This document shows positions 33,741-45,173 of a stretch of 61,370 nt of DNA, piece after piece (positions within the stretch are counted from its first letter, which is position 1; every line of letters begins with the position of its first letter). The notes beneath the pieces are model-generated. The model did not search any database. It saw only the letters and a list, made by a program, of their open reading frames with translations, and was not told the origin of the DNA. The translations under genes were made by a program, and so were the position numbers. Source of the DNA: Macrostomum lignano (Eukaryota); contig NIVC01003549.1 of the NCBI GenBank assembly GCA_002269645.1, forward strand, positions 1-61,370. Reading direction: 5' to 3'.

Positions 33741-34457
33741 CTGGTCGTGCGTGAACGCCAGCGGGAACAGCCAGTCTGCCACCTTCTGCGCCGCCATCAG
33801 CCTGTGAGCCTCCCGGTCGCCGAACAGAGCAAGGTTGGCCAGAGCCTGGGCGCAGTGCCGCTGCAGCACCGGGTCCCTGGCCTGGCAGGCCCGCAGTAGC
33901 AGGTCGAGGCCGCCCAATTTGAGCACAGTTGAGCACATCGCGGCCGAATGCTTGAGAAGAGCTTCCAATACGGCAACGGCGGCGCAGGCCAGGGCGTCCT
34001 CGGTGTGCACTGCCTGCAGGCCGAGGGCTACCACACAGCGGACCGTGTCCTGCCCCAGACTGCCGATATTCTCCCGGGTCAGCGCCTGGCCCAGCAGGCC
34101 GGTGGCGGCCAGAACGAGGTCCTGGCTGCTGCCCAGCTGGTGCTCGCCTATCACGGACTCCAGCGTGCGCAGCAGCGACTCCTGGCGCAGCCGGTCGCAC
34201 AGGGCGGTCCCGTAGTCGCGGCCCCAGCGCGGGGTTCGCCAGGCCTCGTCCAGGAGGCGGCGAACACCGGACAGCGCGGCCAGGCGGGCCTCCACAACGG
34301 TGGACCCGCCGGCTTCGCCGTCGCCCTTGGCAACGCTGGCCAGCTCGTCCAGGGAGGCCAGCAGCTGATGCAGCCGGTCAGCCTCGAAGCCCGGCTTCTC
34401 AAGGCATTCAGCGAGGTCGAACTCCGGCTCGACGTCCTCAACGAATGCGATCGCGTC
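33741..34457 (-). CDS. SARM1: SARM1 exon 2 (ARM domain)
   Basis: Acceptor cccacccgcag|GAC (best pyrimidine tract, phase 0) and donor CAG|GTGAGC; 717 nt. EAWRTPRWGR, LLKHS, LGGLD, RHCAQALANLALFG and ADWLFPLAF match human SARM1. Confidence 0.92.
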
Positions 34458-34494
34458 CTGCGGGTGGGATGCGGGCTCAGCTGCTGCGGTAGCT

Positions 34495-34526
34495 GCGCCT
34501 GTCTGTCTGGTTTGCCTGTCTATCTG

Positions 34527-34563
<37 letters not shown>

Positions 34564-34677
34564 CCTGTCTGTCTGTCTGTCTGTCTGTTTGCCTGTCTGT
34601 CTGTCTGTCTGTCTGTTTGCCTGTCTGTCTGTCTGTCTGTCTGTGTGTCTATCTGTGTGTACACACATGTACAGACA

Positions 34678-34710
<33 letters not shown>

Positions 34711-34711
34711 T

Positions 34712-34780
<69 letters not shown>

Positions 34781-34793
34781 GTGTCTGTCTGTG

Positions 34794-34852
<59 letters not shown>
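34495..34852. repeat. (GTCT)n microsatellite
   Basis: Directly visible. Confidence 0.97.
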
Positions 34853-35314
34853 ATTTTGTCTGTATCCGAGTTGATTTCCTTGCCTGCCCCCAGAAGAGCA
34901 AGCCAATTAAATCGAGAATTAAATGCGCAATGCGAATTCTATCGAAAGGCTTCGATAATACACGGCAATAAATCTATAAATATGAATAGCTATTTAGCTA
35001 AAAGTACTTCTATGGATAATAAAGACAGACACCGGAATCTGTCCTAATGAGAAGCATAAAAAGGAAAATCTGAGAATTCACAGGGCTTTTGCACGCGCCG
35101 CCTATTAGTTGCCTAGCAATCGGCTTCCCCGCCCCCGCTACTCATCAAAGACAAAGAGAGGCCGCCCTTGACTAAAACTGTGAGCATCACGCGCCGCGAA
35201 TCAGCTTCGGACTTTCTATGCCGCCTGTCCTTGGCATAAAGGGCGAAGCAATTAGTTCCAAAGCCACTTGAGTAGGCGGGGTCTGTTGCTCAAGGCTTTA
35301 GCTGAGTCTTATTC

Positions 35315-37140
35315 AGTATTCAATCAGTGACCAACTCAGTGACTATTGAATCAAGTCGCTATTGAATCAGTGACCAACTCAGTCGCTATTGAATCAGTGA
35401 CCAACTCAGTGACTTTTGAATCAAGTCGCTATTGAATCAGTGACCAACTCAGTCACTATTGAATCAGTGACCAACTCAGTCGCTATTGAATCAGTGACCA
35501 ACTCAGTCACTATTGAATCAGTGACCAACTCAGTCACTATTGAATCAGTGACCAACTCAGTCACTATTGAATCAGTGACCAACTCAAGTCGCTATTGAAT
35601 CAGTGACCAACTCAAGTCTCTATTGAATCAGTGACCAACTCAGTCACTATTGAATCAGTGACCAACTCAGTCACTATTGAATCAGTCACCAACTCAGTCG
35701 CTATTGAATCAGTCACCAACTCAGTCGCTATTGAATCAGTGACCAACTCAGTCGCTATTGAATCAGTGACCAACTCAGTCACAATTGAATCAGTGACCAA
35801 CTCAGTCACTATTGAATCAGTGACCAACTTAAGTCGCTATTGAATCAGTGACCAACTCAAGTCACTATTGAATCAGTGACCAACTCAGTTGCTCTTGACT
35901 CAGTGACCAACTCAAGTCGCTATTAAATCAGTGACCAACTCAGTCACAATTGAATCAGTGATCAACTCAAGTCGCTATTGAATCAGTGACCAACTCAAGT
36001 CGCTATTGAATCAGTGACCAACTCAAGTCGCTATTGAATCAGTGACCAACTCAAGTCGCTATTGAATCAGTGACCAACTCAAGTCGCTATTGAATCAGTG
36101 ACCAACTCAAGTCGCTATTGAATCAGTGACCAACTCAGTCACTATTGAATCAGTGAACAACTCAAGTCACAATTGAATCAGTGACCAACTCAGTCACTAT
36201 TGAATCAGTGACCAACTCAGTCACTATTGAATCAGTGACCAACTCAGTCACTATTGAATCAGTCACCAACTCAGTCACTATTGAATCAGTCACCAACTCA
36301 GTCACTACTGAATCAGTGACCAACTCAAGTCTCTATTGAATCAGTGACCAACTCAAGTCGCTATTGAATCAGTGACCAACTCAGTCACAATTGAATCAGT
36401 GACCAACTCAGTCACTATTGAATCAGTGACCTACTCAAGTCGCTATTGAATCAGTGACCAACTCAAGTCTCTATTGAATCAGTGACCAACTCAAGTCGCT
36501 ATTGAATCAGTGACCAACTCAGTCACAATTGAATCAGTGACCAACTCAGTCACTATTGAATCAGTGACCTACTCAAGTCGCTATTGAATCAGTGACCAAC
36601 TCAGTCACTATTGAATCAGTGACCAACTCAGTCACTATTGAATCAGTGACCTACTCAAGTCGCTATTGAATCAGTGACCAACTCAGTCACTATTGAATCA
36701 GTGACCTACTCAAGTCGCTATTGAATCAGTGACCTACTCAAGTCGCTATTGAATCAGTGACCAACTCAGTCACTATTGAATCAGTGACCAACTCAGTCAC
36801 TATTGAATCAGTGACCTACTCAAGTCGCTATTGAATCAGTGACCAACTCAGTCACTATTGAATCAGTCACCAACTCAAGTCGCTATTGAATCAGTGACCA
36901 ACTCAAGTCACTATTGAATCAGTGACCAACTCAGTCACTATTGAATCAGTGACCAACTCAGTCACTATTGAATCAGTCACCAACTCAAGTCACAATTGAA
37001 TCAGTGACCAACTCAGTCACTATTGAATCAGTGACCAACTCAGTCACTATTGAATCAGTGACCAACTCAGTCACTATTGAATCAGTCACCAACTCAGTCA
37101 CTATTGAATCAGTGACCAACTCAGTTGCTCTTGACTCAGT
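35315..37140. repeat. 27/28-bp minisatellite (TATTGAATCAGTGACCAACTCAGTCAC)n
   Basis: About 66 units in SARM1 intron 1. Confidence 0.97.
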
Positions 37141-37271
37141 CGCCACATTCAGCAGTCCTCCTGTTGAAAACCTCAAAGTTCCTTCAGGCCAACTCTCGGG
37201 AGCAGAAATCCATGGGAGGCACACCCCGTGAGACAAACACTGATCTGAAAGACAATCGCGATGCCGCTCAC

Positions 37272-38000
37272 ATGCAGGTTATCGGCGGAGCGGCGCAGGA
37301 AGTTGCACTGCGAGAAGGACTCGGCGCTGGAGCTGAACACGTACTGATTGCCGACCTCCTGCTGCTGCCTGATGGCCGGCAGGCTGCTCTCAAATTTGCG
37401 CGCCTGCGGCCGGCCCGGCTCGTCCGTGTCGGCCAGGCCCGCCTTGGACAGGTCCCAGTACACCCGCGACTGCTCCGAGATCCGGCCGCCGCCTCCGCTG
37501 CCACCGCCGATGCCAACAGAGGAGCCGCAGCTGACGCCACCGCCGACGCCAACTCGGCGCCCATCGGCCGCGACGCCCGCCAACTCGCCGACGTTGTCGT
37601 CGTCGCCATCGTCGGAGTCGGCGGCGGTGCGATGCCTCGGCGAAGGCCGTTCGACCAGGTTGGCCTCGCTCTTGGACCGCTCGCTGAGGCGCCGGTCAGG
37701 CGAGCCGCCGGAGCTGCCGCCGCTGCCAAGGAGGCCAGCCAGCTGGTCGGGCGGCTGCGACACCTCAGCAAAGAACGTGTCGCTGGGCGCGCGCTTCATA
37801 CCTGCGCCGACGCTGATGCAGTTGACGCTGATGCTGACTGGCGGCGCGGCGGCTGGCGAGTCTGGCGAGCTCTCGCTGGACATTGGACTGGATGAGGCGT
37901 CTCGGATGAATTGGGAGGCTGGGAGAGTCTGCACTGCGGCTTGGTTCTGAGTGCTGATGAAAACAACTAGCTCATCAATATTATTGCATAAGTTGGTCAT
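37272..38000 (-). CDS. SARM1: Probable SARM1 exon 1 (disordered N-terminal extension)
   Basis: GC-rich open frame with ATG at 38000 and an alternative ATG at PMSSE. The donor CAT|GTGAGC is phase 0, matching exon 2. The link to SARM1 is inferred from position, strand and phase only. Confidence 0.6.
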
Positions 38001-39224
38001 CTAGAAATTTTATAAGCCATCTCATTTACTCCTCCTAGTGGTCTGCTTTTATTATTGTCTAAATTTTAAAAGACCAGCAATAATTCTATTGCTGTTATAA
38101 CTGTCCATTTATCATAAAAGAGTATTTTGAAGACCAAGTTAAAAAACATAACAATAAAGCTTAAAAATATTTAGCTACTATATTAATACAGTGATAATTA
38201 TATTTAATATAAATAAAGAAAACAACTAAAAAACTTAAGATTAACATTAAAGAAAGCCTTAGCTAAAACTTCAATAGAAATAAAGTAACTAAAATAAACA
38301 TTTATTAGCTTAACTAAATTATAAGCATATTATAATGTCTATTTTAAATTAGACAAAAAACATACATTTCATCGGCTCTCTTATAAAAAAGCTAGAACTA
38401 TTTATGATTATATAGCAAGGAAAACATTATTAAAATAAAAATATAAAAATGGTTTAATACACTAATACTAATATAACAAACAAGTGGTAATACTAATATT
38501 AAAAAATATGATATTATAAATAAATAATAAAAAAGTAATCTTGAAGGATAGACCCTTTCATTAAATTAATGATTAATAGAGCCATTTTATGTATTTTATA
38601 TATTATATGGGTATACATTTGCACTCAATGAAAAAGTTATATAAAAACTTAAGTTATGTATGTACTAATACTATAATGCCTTATATATCAATATAAAATG
38701 ATAATAATAAGATATTGTTCAAAATGCAAAAGTCTATAGTCAAAATATGCATATCTAATTGAAAGTATATTATTTTATTAAAGAATATAGTAAGATTAAT
38801 ATAAAAAAATTGACAATAGCCCATATAGTAAAGTATATATTAGGCCTAGGCATACATATATTGACATAGGTCATACTCCCCAAAAGAAGCTTAGTATATA
38901 TTAGCAAAAATGCTATGCCATATTAAGGAATATTTCTATGTATGTCTAGCATGCTTAATTTTTATGCCTGTTTTGACATGCAAGAAAAGAGTAAAAATAT
39001 AGCATGCTTAGCATGAATTGGCAACTTTGGCCACATCTGATTCTAGCATGCATCTGCCATCTTGCTAAGCATTGATTAATATGTTCTTTTTTGTTTTTAG
39101 TAATATTAAACATGATCTCCACAAAAGTGAAAAAGTTGAATTTGGATATGGATAAAATTAGTTAAAATTGACATTCATTAGAATTTCCCTCGCTATAATA
39201 AGTAGTAACACTGTAGAAGGACAT

Positions 39225-39577
39225 GAGCTTAGCTTACTAGGCAGGGTATAATGTTATATGCTATATGCTATATGTTATATGCTATAGTAGGCCCCTATGC
39301 TATATGCAACATTGTTAACATGGAACAAGAAATAATAAAAAATAATTTTAACCTTTGTACCCTAAAATTTGGTTACTTTTCATGATTGTTGAACAATAGT
39401 GCGAGCTTAGCTTACTAGGCAGGGTATAATGTTATATGCTATATGCTATATGTTATATGCTATAGTAGGCCCCTATGCTATATGCAACATTGTTAACATG
39501 GAACAAGAAATAATAAAAAATAATTTTAACCTTTGTACCCTAAAATTTGGTTACTTTTCATGATTGTTGAACAATAG
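39225..39577. repeat. 178-bp direct tandem duplication
   Basis: 39225-39399 is repeated at 39403-39577. Confidence 0.92.
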
Positions 39578-40814
39578 CAGCAGATTAAGGTAGGTGGGGG
39601 GAGGAAAGGGGTGCAAAGGGCGTGTGCGTGTTTTTCTATGGCTAATCGGATCTATACTTTATCAAATAAATAAACAACCAAAAGCAAAATATCTGCGCCC
39701 TATTCAAAATTTCTGGTTAAGCATGTTGTTGAAATACTCGTAAGACTAAGACTAAGAGGCTGTAAAAACTACTTACAGTTTAAAAATGCTTTTTACAGTT
39801 TTTACAGTTTACAGTTATTACAATGCTTTAAGTCGTGTTATTAGGTAGGACAATACGATAATTAAAATGTGACATGGATATAATGGAAGTGAAAAGTAAT
39901 GACATGAAAGCTAAAATGATGTCACAGGATCGAAGCCCGAGTCCCGACGCCGACGGTTTAACCACGGAAATAAAAACACGATAATTCAGACAAAATTAAA
40001 TGTAGATATTTTTCCATAAAACAGCGCACCAACAAAAAATTTGTCAAACACGGAAAAATTTGTACACACTGGCTGCTTAGAGATAAACAATTACCAAAGA
40101 CAAAAACATTTGAAACATTTAATGGTATATTAAATAATTTTAGGATCTAGATAGTAAATGAGTGGCTTCAAAAGGCTTTCAACTCACTCTGTGAGTAAAG
40201 GAAACTTAGTAAAACAAATTAAAACACTTGCCTTTTCAATACAATCACTACTACTATGTTGCCATAGTCTTTTAATTTAAAGAAGCGTTTTTGCTAAATT
40301 TTAAATTAGTGGCTCTATATTTTTTGCAAATATTTAAATGTAGTGTTGCAACGCGCCGAGCTCGCGCTATGCATTAGGCACTCTAATCATGATTCATGAA
40401 GCCCACACGAAACGTCAAAACGGACTAAAGCATACCAACTATAGAATCCTTCTATATTTGTTTTTCCTCATCGTTTTTTATTAATCTGATCCCACCTGAA
40501 AAAATTAAAACTTTAGAGCTAGTCGCTAGGCCCCCCTACTCCCAGATAGTTTTATTGAAACTGATGCCATAAAAAAACAATTTTTACTGCAGATTGAGAT
40601 TGTTATTGTATTCATTGGAATCCTGATCTTAGTTTCTAACAGCTACAAAAAATTATGTATTTTTAAATAATAACATGGGCTAAATAAAAATTGTCTCTAT
40701 CTTTTAATTTTTAGGTACAGTGTGAAGGGACAATTTTGTATTTAATTGAGTCATATTTGGGTGCAGATTCATAAAATTTTGAAATAAGGTACAATTTTTT
40801 GTACTGGGTACTGG

Positions 40815-41620
40815 GACTTTACCCTAGGTCTTTACCCTCCAGAATCTGCCCCTAGGTCTTTACCCTCCAGAATCTGCCCCCTCCCTGGGTCTTTACCCTC
40901 TGGAATCCGTCCCCCAGGTCTTTACCCTCCCCTCTAGAATCTGTCCCCTGGGTCTTTACCCTCCCTCCACAGCCTCCAGAATCTGTCCCCTGGGTCTTTA
41001 CCCTCCTCTCCAGAATCTGTCCCCTGGGTCTTTACCCTCCCCTCCACAGCCTCCAGAATCTGTCCCCTGGGTCTTTACCCTCCCCTCCAGAATCTGTCCC
41101 CTGGGTCTTTACCCTCCAGAATCTGCCCCCAGGTCTTTACCCTCCCCTCCAGAATCTGTCCCCTGGGTCTGTACCCTCCAGAATCTGCCCCTTCCCTGGG
41201 TCTTTACCCTCCAGAATCTGTCCCCCAGGTCTTTACCCTCCCCTCCACAGCCTCCAGAATCTGTCCCCTAGGTCTTTACCCTCTAGAATCTGTCCCCTGG
41301 CCCTGGGTCTTTACCCTTCAGAATCTGCCAATCACTTGGGTCTTTACCCTCTAGAATCTGTCCCCTGGGTCTTTACCCTCTAGAATCTGTCCATATACGT
41401 GTGCAACCTAGGGAATCACTTGGCCATTTCTATTGCCAATATTGGCAACACACACATGTAAGTCACTATTGGCTATTAGTAGTCACGTGACTATTCTATC
41501 CAATAGTGACTTATATGTGTGTTGCCAATAGAAATGGCCAGGTGAATCCCTAGGTTGCACCCAAGCATAAATCTGTCCCCTGGGTCTTTACCCTCCAGAA
41601 TCCATTCCTGGGTCTTTACT
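40815..41620. repeat. Minisatellite (CCCTCCAGAATCTGTCCCCTGGGTCTTTA)n interrupted by a palindromic element
   Basis: Units run 40815-41395 and resume at about 41570. Confidence 0.88.
41401..41560. mobile_element. Palindromic MITE-like element, copy 1
   Basis: Long inverted arms GTGCAACCTAGGGA.TCAC.TGGCCATTTCTATTG...GTAAGTCACTATTGG / CCAATAGTGACTTA...CCCTAGGTTGCAC around a central GTCACGTGAC. Confidence 0.65.
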
Positions 41621-41792
41621 ACATTACTACATTTGTACTCCCATTGATTGTTAGCTCGCTACCACCTCACTTTCCTTTGCTGCCAGTTACCCTTTTTCTA
41701 CTCTATTCAAAAGTTTGAACTGATGTACTCTATCTAGACTGTGTAAACAGCCACTTACACAATCAGTTTATCTCATTGCTAATTTTTAATTA

Positions 41793-41964
41793 AGTTGGCA
41801 ACTAAGGAAAGAAAGTCTCTATTTTTAGTATACAAAACTTTTGTAGGAAAAAAATAAAGTTATAGTAAAGGTGCAGGCTGGATTATAATAATTAAGATTA
41901 AGGAAGTTTGTGGGCCATATAGAAAGTCTTTGTGGGCCCGTAGACTAGAGGTTGCCAACCCCTG
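41793..41964. mobile_element. Decayed hAT-type MITE fragment
   Basis: It ends in GTGGGCCCGTAG...GTTGCCAACCCCTG, resembling hAT/Charlie-like right termini. A partial matching left arm, GTTGGCAAC, is at about 41794. Confidence 0.4.
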
Positions 41965-42480
41965 GTCTATATGTCTATAAGCATTTGTTGCAAGCAAAGC
42001 TAATAACAGTTCAATCTACAAATCCTTAGAGACTAAAGTTAAGAGCAACTTATTCATCTAAAAAAGCTGGGAAACAGTTCTGAGAATTTGCTAAAAGAGA
42101 GAGTTAGGGACTAATTCATAGAGACATACTAAAGAGTGCACTGTAAAAACCCTCGGTGAGATATGAGAAGTGTCAGATCTCAATAACATTGATTCATGTA
42201 CTAATATTAGACTCAGGCCATATATTAGATACTACTAAAATAATATATCAAATGCTACCAGAACAATACATTAGACATTAATATTAATACATTAATTATT
42301 TTATTTATTTAACATTAACATTAATATATTACTAGAGTAATATATTAGACACTACCAGAATATACATTAGATGCTACCCAGAAATGTATCAGAGAGAAGT
42401 TGATAACTAGTTCTAAGAAACAGATAGAAAAAAGAGAGTTAAACTCTACCACAACTTTGATATTAGCAGGTGGCATACAT

Positions 42481-42635
42481 GTGCAACCTTGGGAATCACC
42501 GGCCGTTTCTAATTGCAACATGCACATGTAAATCGCTATTGGCTAAGAGCAGTCACGTGATTACTATTCCATCCAATAGCGACTTACATGTGTGTGTTGC
42601 CAATAGAAATGGCCAGGTGAATCCTTAGGTTGCGC
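42481..42635. mobile_element. Palindromic MITE-like element, copy 2
   Basis: Homologous to 41401-41560, with the same ATAC.T left flank and CCAAGCAT right flank. Confidence 0.65.
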
Positions 42636-45167
42636 CCAAGCATGATCCTAGCAAGGCAGGTGGGATTTTAGATTTGAGAGTATAGCCTAATATCAATGAA
42701 GTTTATATAGTGTTACTAGTTGGAGCCATTTTGGCAAAATATAGTTTAAGCAAAAAAGTCATTTTACTTATAGACATTTTGGCAAAAAGCTTTAGAAAAT
42801 TTGTGGTTTTGTTATAACTTTTGAAAAGAATAGCTAAAAGCCATCAAAATGATTGACTCATTGATAAATCTAGTCCTATTAAAAAAAATTGAAAATGAAT
42901 AGACACGTCAAGGGTCTAGCAAAAAGGCACCAAGGGGCCACTCTCTCAGGTACATGTGCTGCATTCAAAGGGCTAATTTAAAAGTTGCTTTGTTATTTAT
43001 ATAATGAATTATTTATATTTCCATTAAACTTATTTAAAGTTTTTTAGTCATACCTAAATTGTATTGAAAAACTTTATTTTATACTTTAGTAGCAATATTT
43101 TCCTATTAATTTATATTTAATACATATGTGGCTATTCTATGTATGGCCACTTTAACATGCATTCCAAAGCACTATGCCAAGTGTCACATTGCACTATGCC
43201 TTGCCATGCCAAGCAGTGCCTTACAAAATGCACTGAACTATAAGGTCATTTTGAAAATGTACCAGATGGCTATCTACCATTTAGCAACTTTTTCTAATAG
43301 GGGTTTCTAGTATATACTCTGTATGCTTCCCCTCTAAAGCTACTTTTGGTCATAGTCCATATTGCAAAAGGTATAACTAAGGGTATATGCTGGAAAATTC
43401 TGGGGTATAAGCATTCTAGCTAGTAAACATCTAGTATACAAAGAGAAAATACAATTTTCTGGCAAAAATACTGGCTTAAAATTCTTAATTATACTTGTTC
43501 AGGCTTGTGCTTTGTATACAAAAAGCATTGAATTATGTGACATCATTGCATAAATTCTGTTAAACAATCCTTTGCTATAATAAAATTATGAATTGTTGAT
43601 AAATTTACAATTATGCAATAAACTAAGTTTTCAAATTATATACTAAAAATTTTTATAGTTGCTACTTGCTAGTAAATGATATACTTTAATCAATATTTGT
43701 TACTATTTCGTTTTACTAATATTTTTATTTTTTAAATGGGGTTTCATTTTTTCCAGTTATTTGCTACATCTATTACTTGTTGCATTGTTTTTGTGCTTGT
43801 TAATCAGACAATTTTTATTGGCATACAATTTACTAAAACACTTAATTGGCATAAGGTTCCCAACAATTTTTTGTGCTTGGCCTTGAAATAAAATTTGGCA
43901 GAGATGCAAGATGAGGTACTGATATTGATAGATTAAAAATCAATAAGTTTATTCTGGTGCTCCTCAAAGTGAGTGTATGAAACATATTCTTAATTAGGTT
44001 TGTACTTTAAGGAATGTCCTTTTAAGGTAAATAAAAATACTTGAAATGAGTTAATTGTTTTCAATATATAAATATCTCAGCTTGCACATCTGCCAATTTC
44101 ATTAAACATATGTGGTCACTGAAATACATTTTTCTAGGGGTCTTCTTTGATATACAACACTTTTGTAGTCAATTGAAAGTAGAGATTTTCACTTTTTAAT
44201 GACTACAAACTTGTTGATTTTCGGGGTAGGCCTTTAATAATCTATAGACTAAATAATTGATAACCACGTATTTATAAATTCTTTATCTACTACTTGCAGT
44301 AAGAATGCAAGTGCACATAGCAGTTGAATTACACGGGCTATAAAATCTGTTCAGCTTCCCAATAGACCGTTGCCTGCTTTAGTTTAGACACGAGAAAGCC
44401 CACACTGTGCCTTGTCATTTTCAATGGATAAAGTGCTTGTAAAAGTGTAACCAATCCGCGCTTTTGACTGGGGCTACAACGCAGAAGGGAAGCCACTTTG
44501 CCACTATAGTTCAGGCCTATTTGCTCAGGCAGAGGATGCGGAAGGAACTGTTCTCTTTCTTCCGCTGTGAGAACCCTTAGCTGCCAGTTCTCTCTATTTT
44601 AGTACCTGAGTTCTGTCTGGCTGCCAGGTACTTAAAAACTGTGTCGCCGCATGACGCTGCATAGTCCCCTCGGCCAGGGACATGCTTTTTCTCCCCCAGC
44701 TGCTCTAGCCCTCAACTCCCCCCCATTATTCTCTTTTTCCAGCCTCACAGCTGCATCCATTATCGCTGCTGGGAGGGAAGGCTGGGACTCTGGCATTAAT
44801 CTGCTGCTCTGTCCCAAACTCCCGGCTCCATTCTTCTCGGACTCAGAATAGCCGCCTCAAGCCCCCCAGAGCGTCAGCAGCCAGCGGCCATGCCCTGCAA
44901 TTTGCTATCGGCCGGCCAGCCAATTCTGCGGAGGCTTCGGCCCCCGCCGTTCGCCGCACTACAAAATGCTTCTACCGCCAGCCCAGCCTCCTAATTCACC
45001 GCCTCCTTCATCTCGACTATTCCAACCGGCTGCAGCTGTTCAAGTTTCCCAGTTCAACTCGGCCTGACTGTCTAATTGTCTGTCTCCAATGCGCCTGTCC
45101 CGACTTGGCACCTGTCAGCAGCAGCAGCGAATTCCCATTGTTTGCGGCTAGGGAATTCAAATATCAG

Positions 45168-45173
45168 GTGAGT
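45168..45173 (+). promoter_or_regulatory. Candidate splice donor of a 5' UTR exon of NOS1AP
   Basis: A strong CAG|GTGAGT ends a GC-rich stretch just after the AT-rich block. An unpaired acceptor attccag|G precedes the NOS1AP ATG at 49129. Confidence 0.3.

Noticed and set aside
39990-40270. Degraded CR1/L2-like LINE 3' fragment (minus strand DYGNIV...IEK...FTK)
   Set aside because: Only scattered residues across broken frames; it needs a profile search.
44100-44240. Kolobok-like terminus (..GGGGTAGGCCTTTAA)
   Set aside because: No matching opposite terminal inverted repeat was found in the window.
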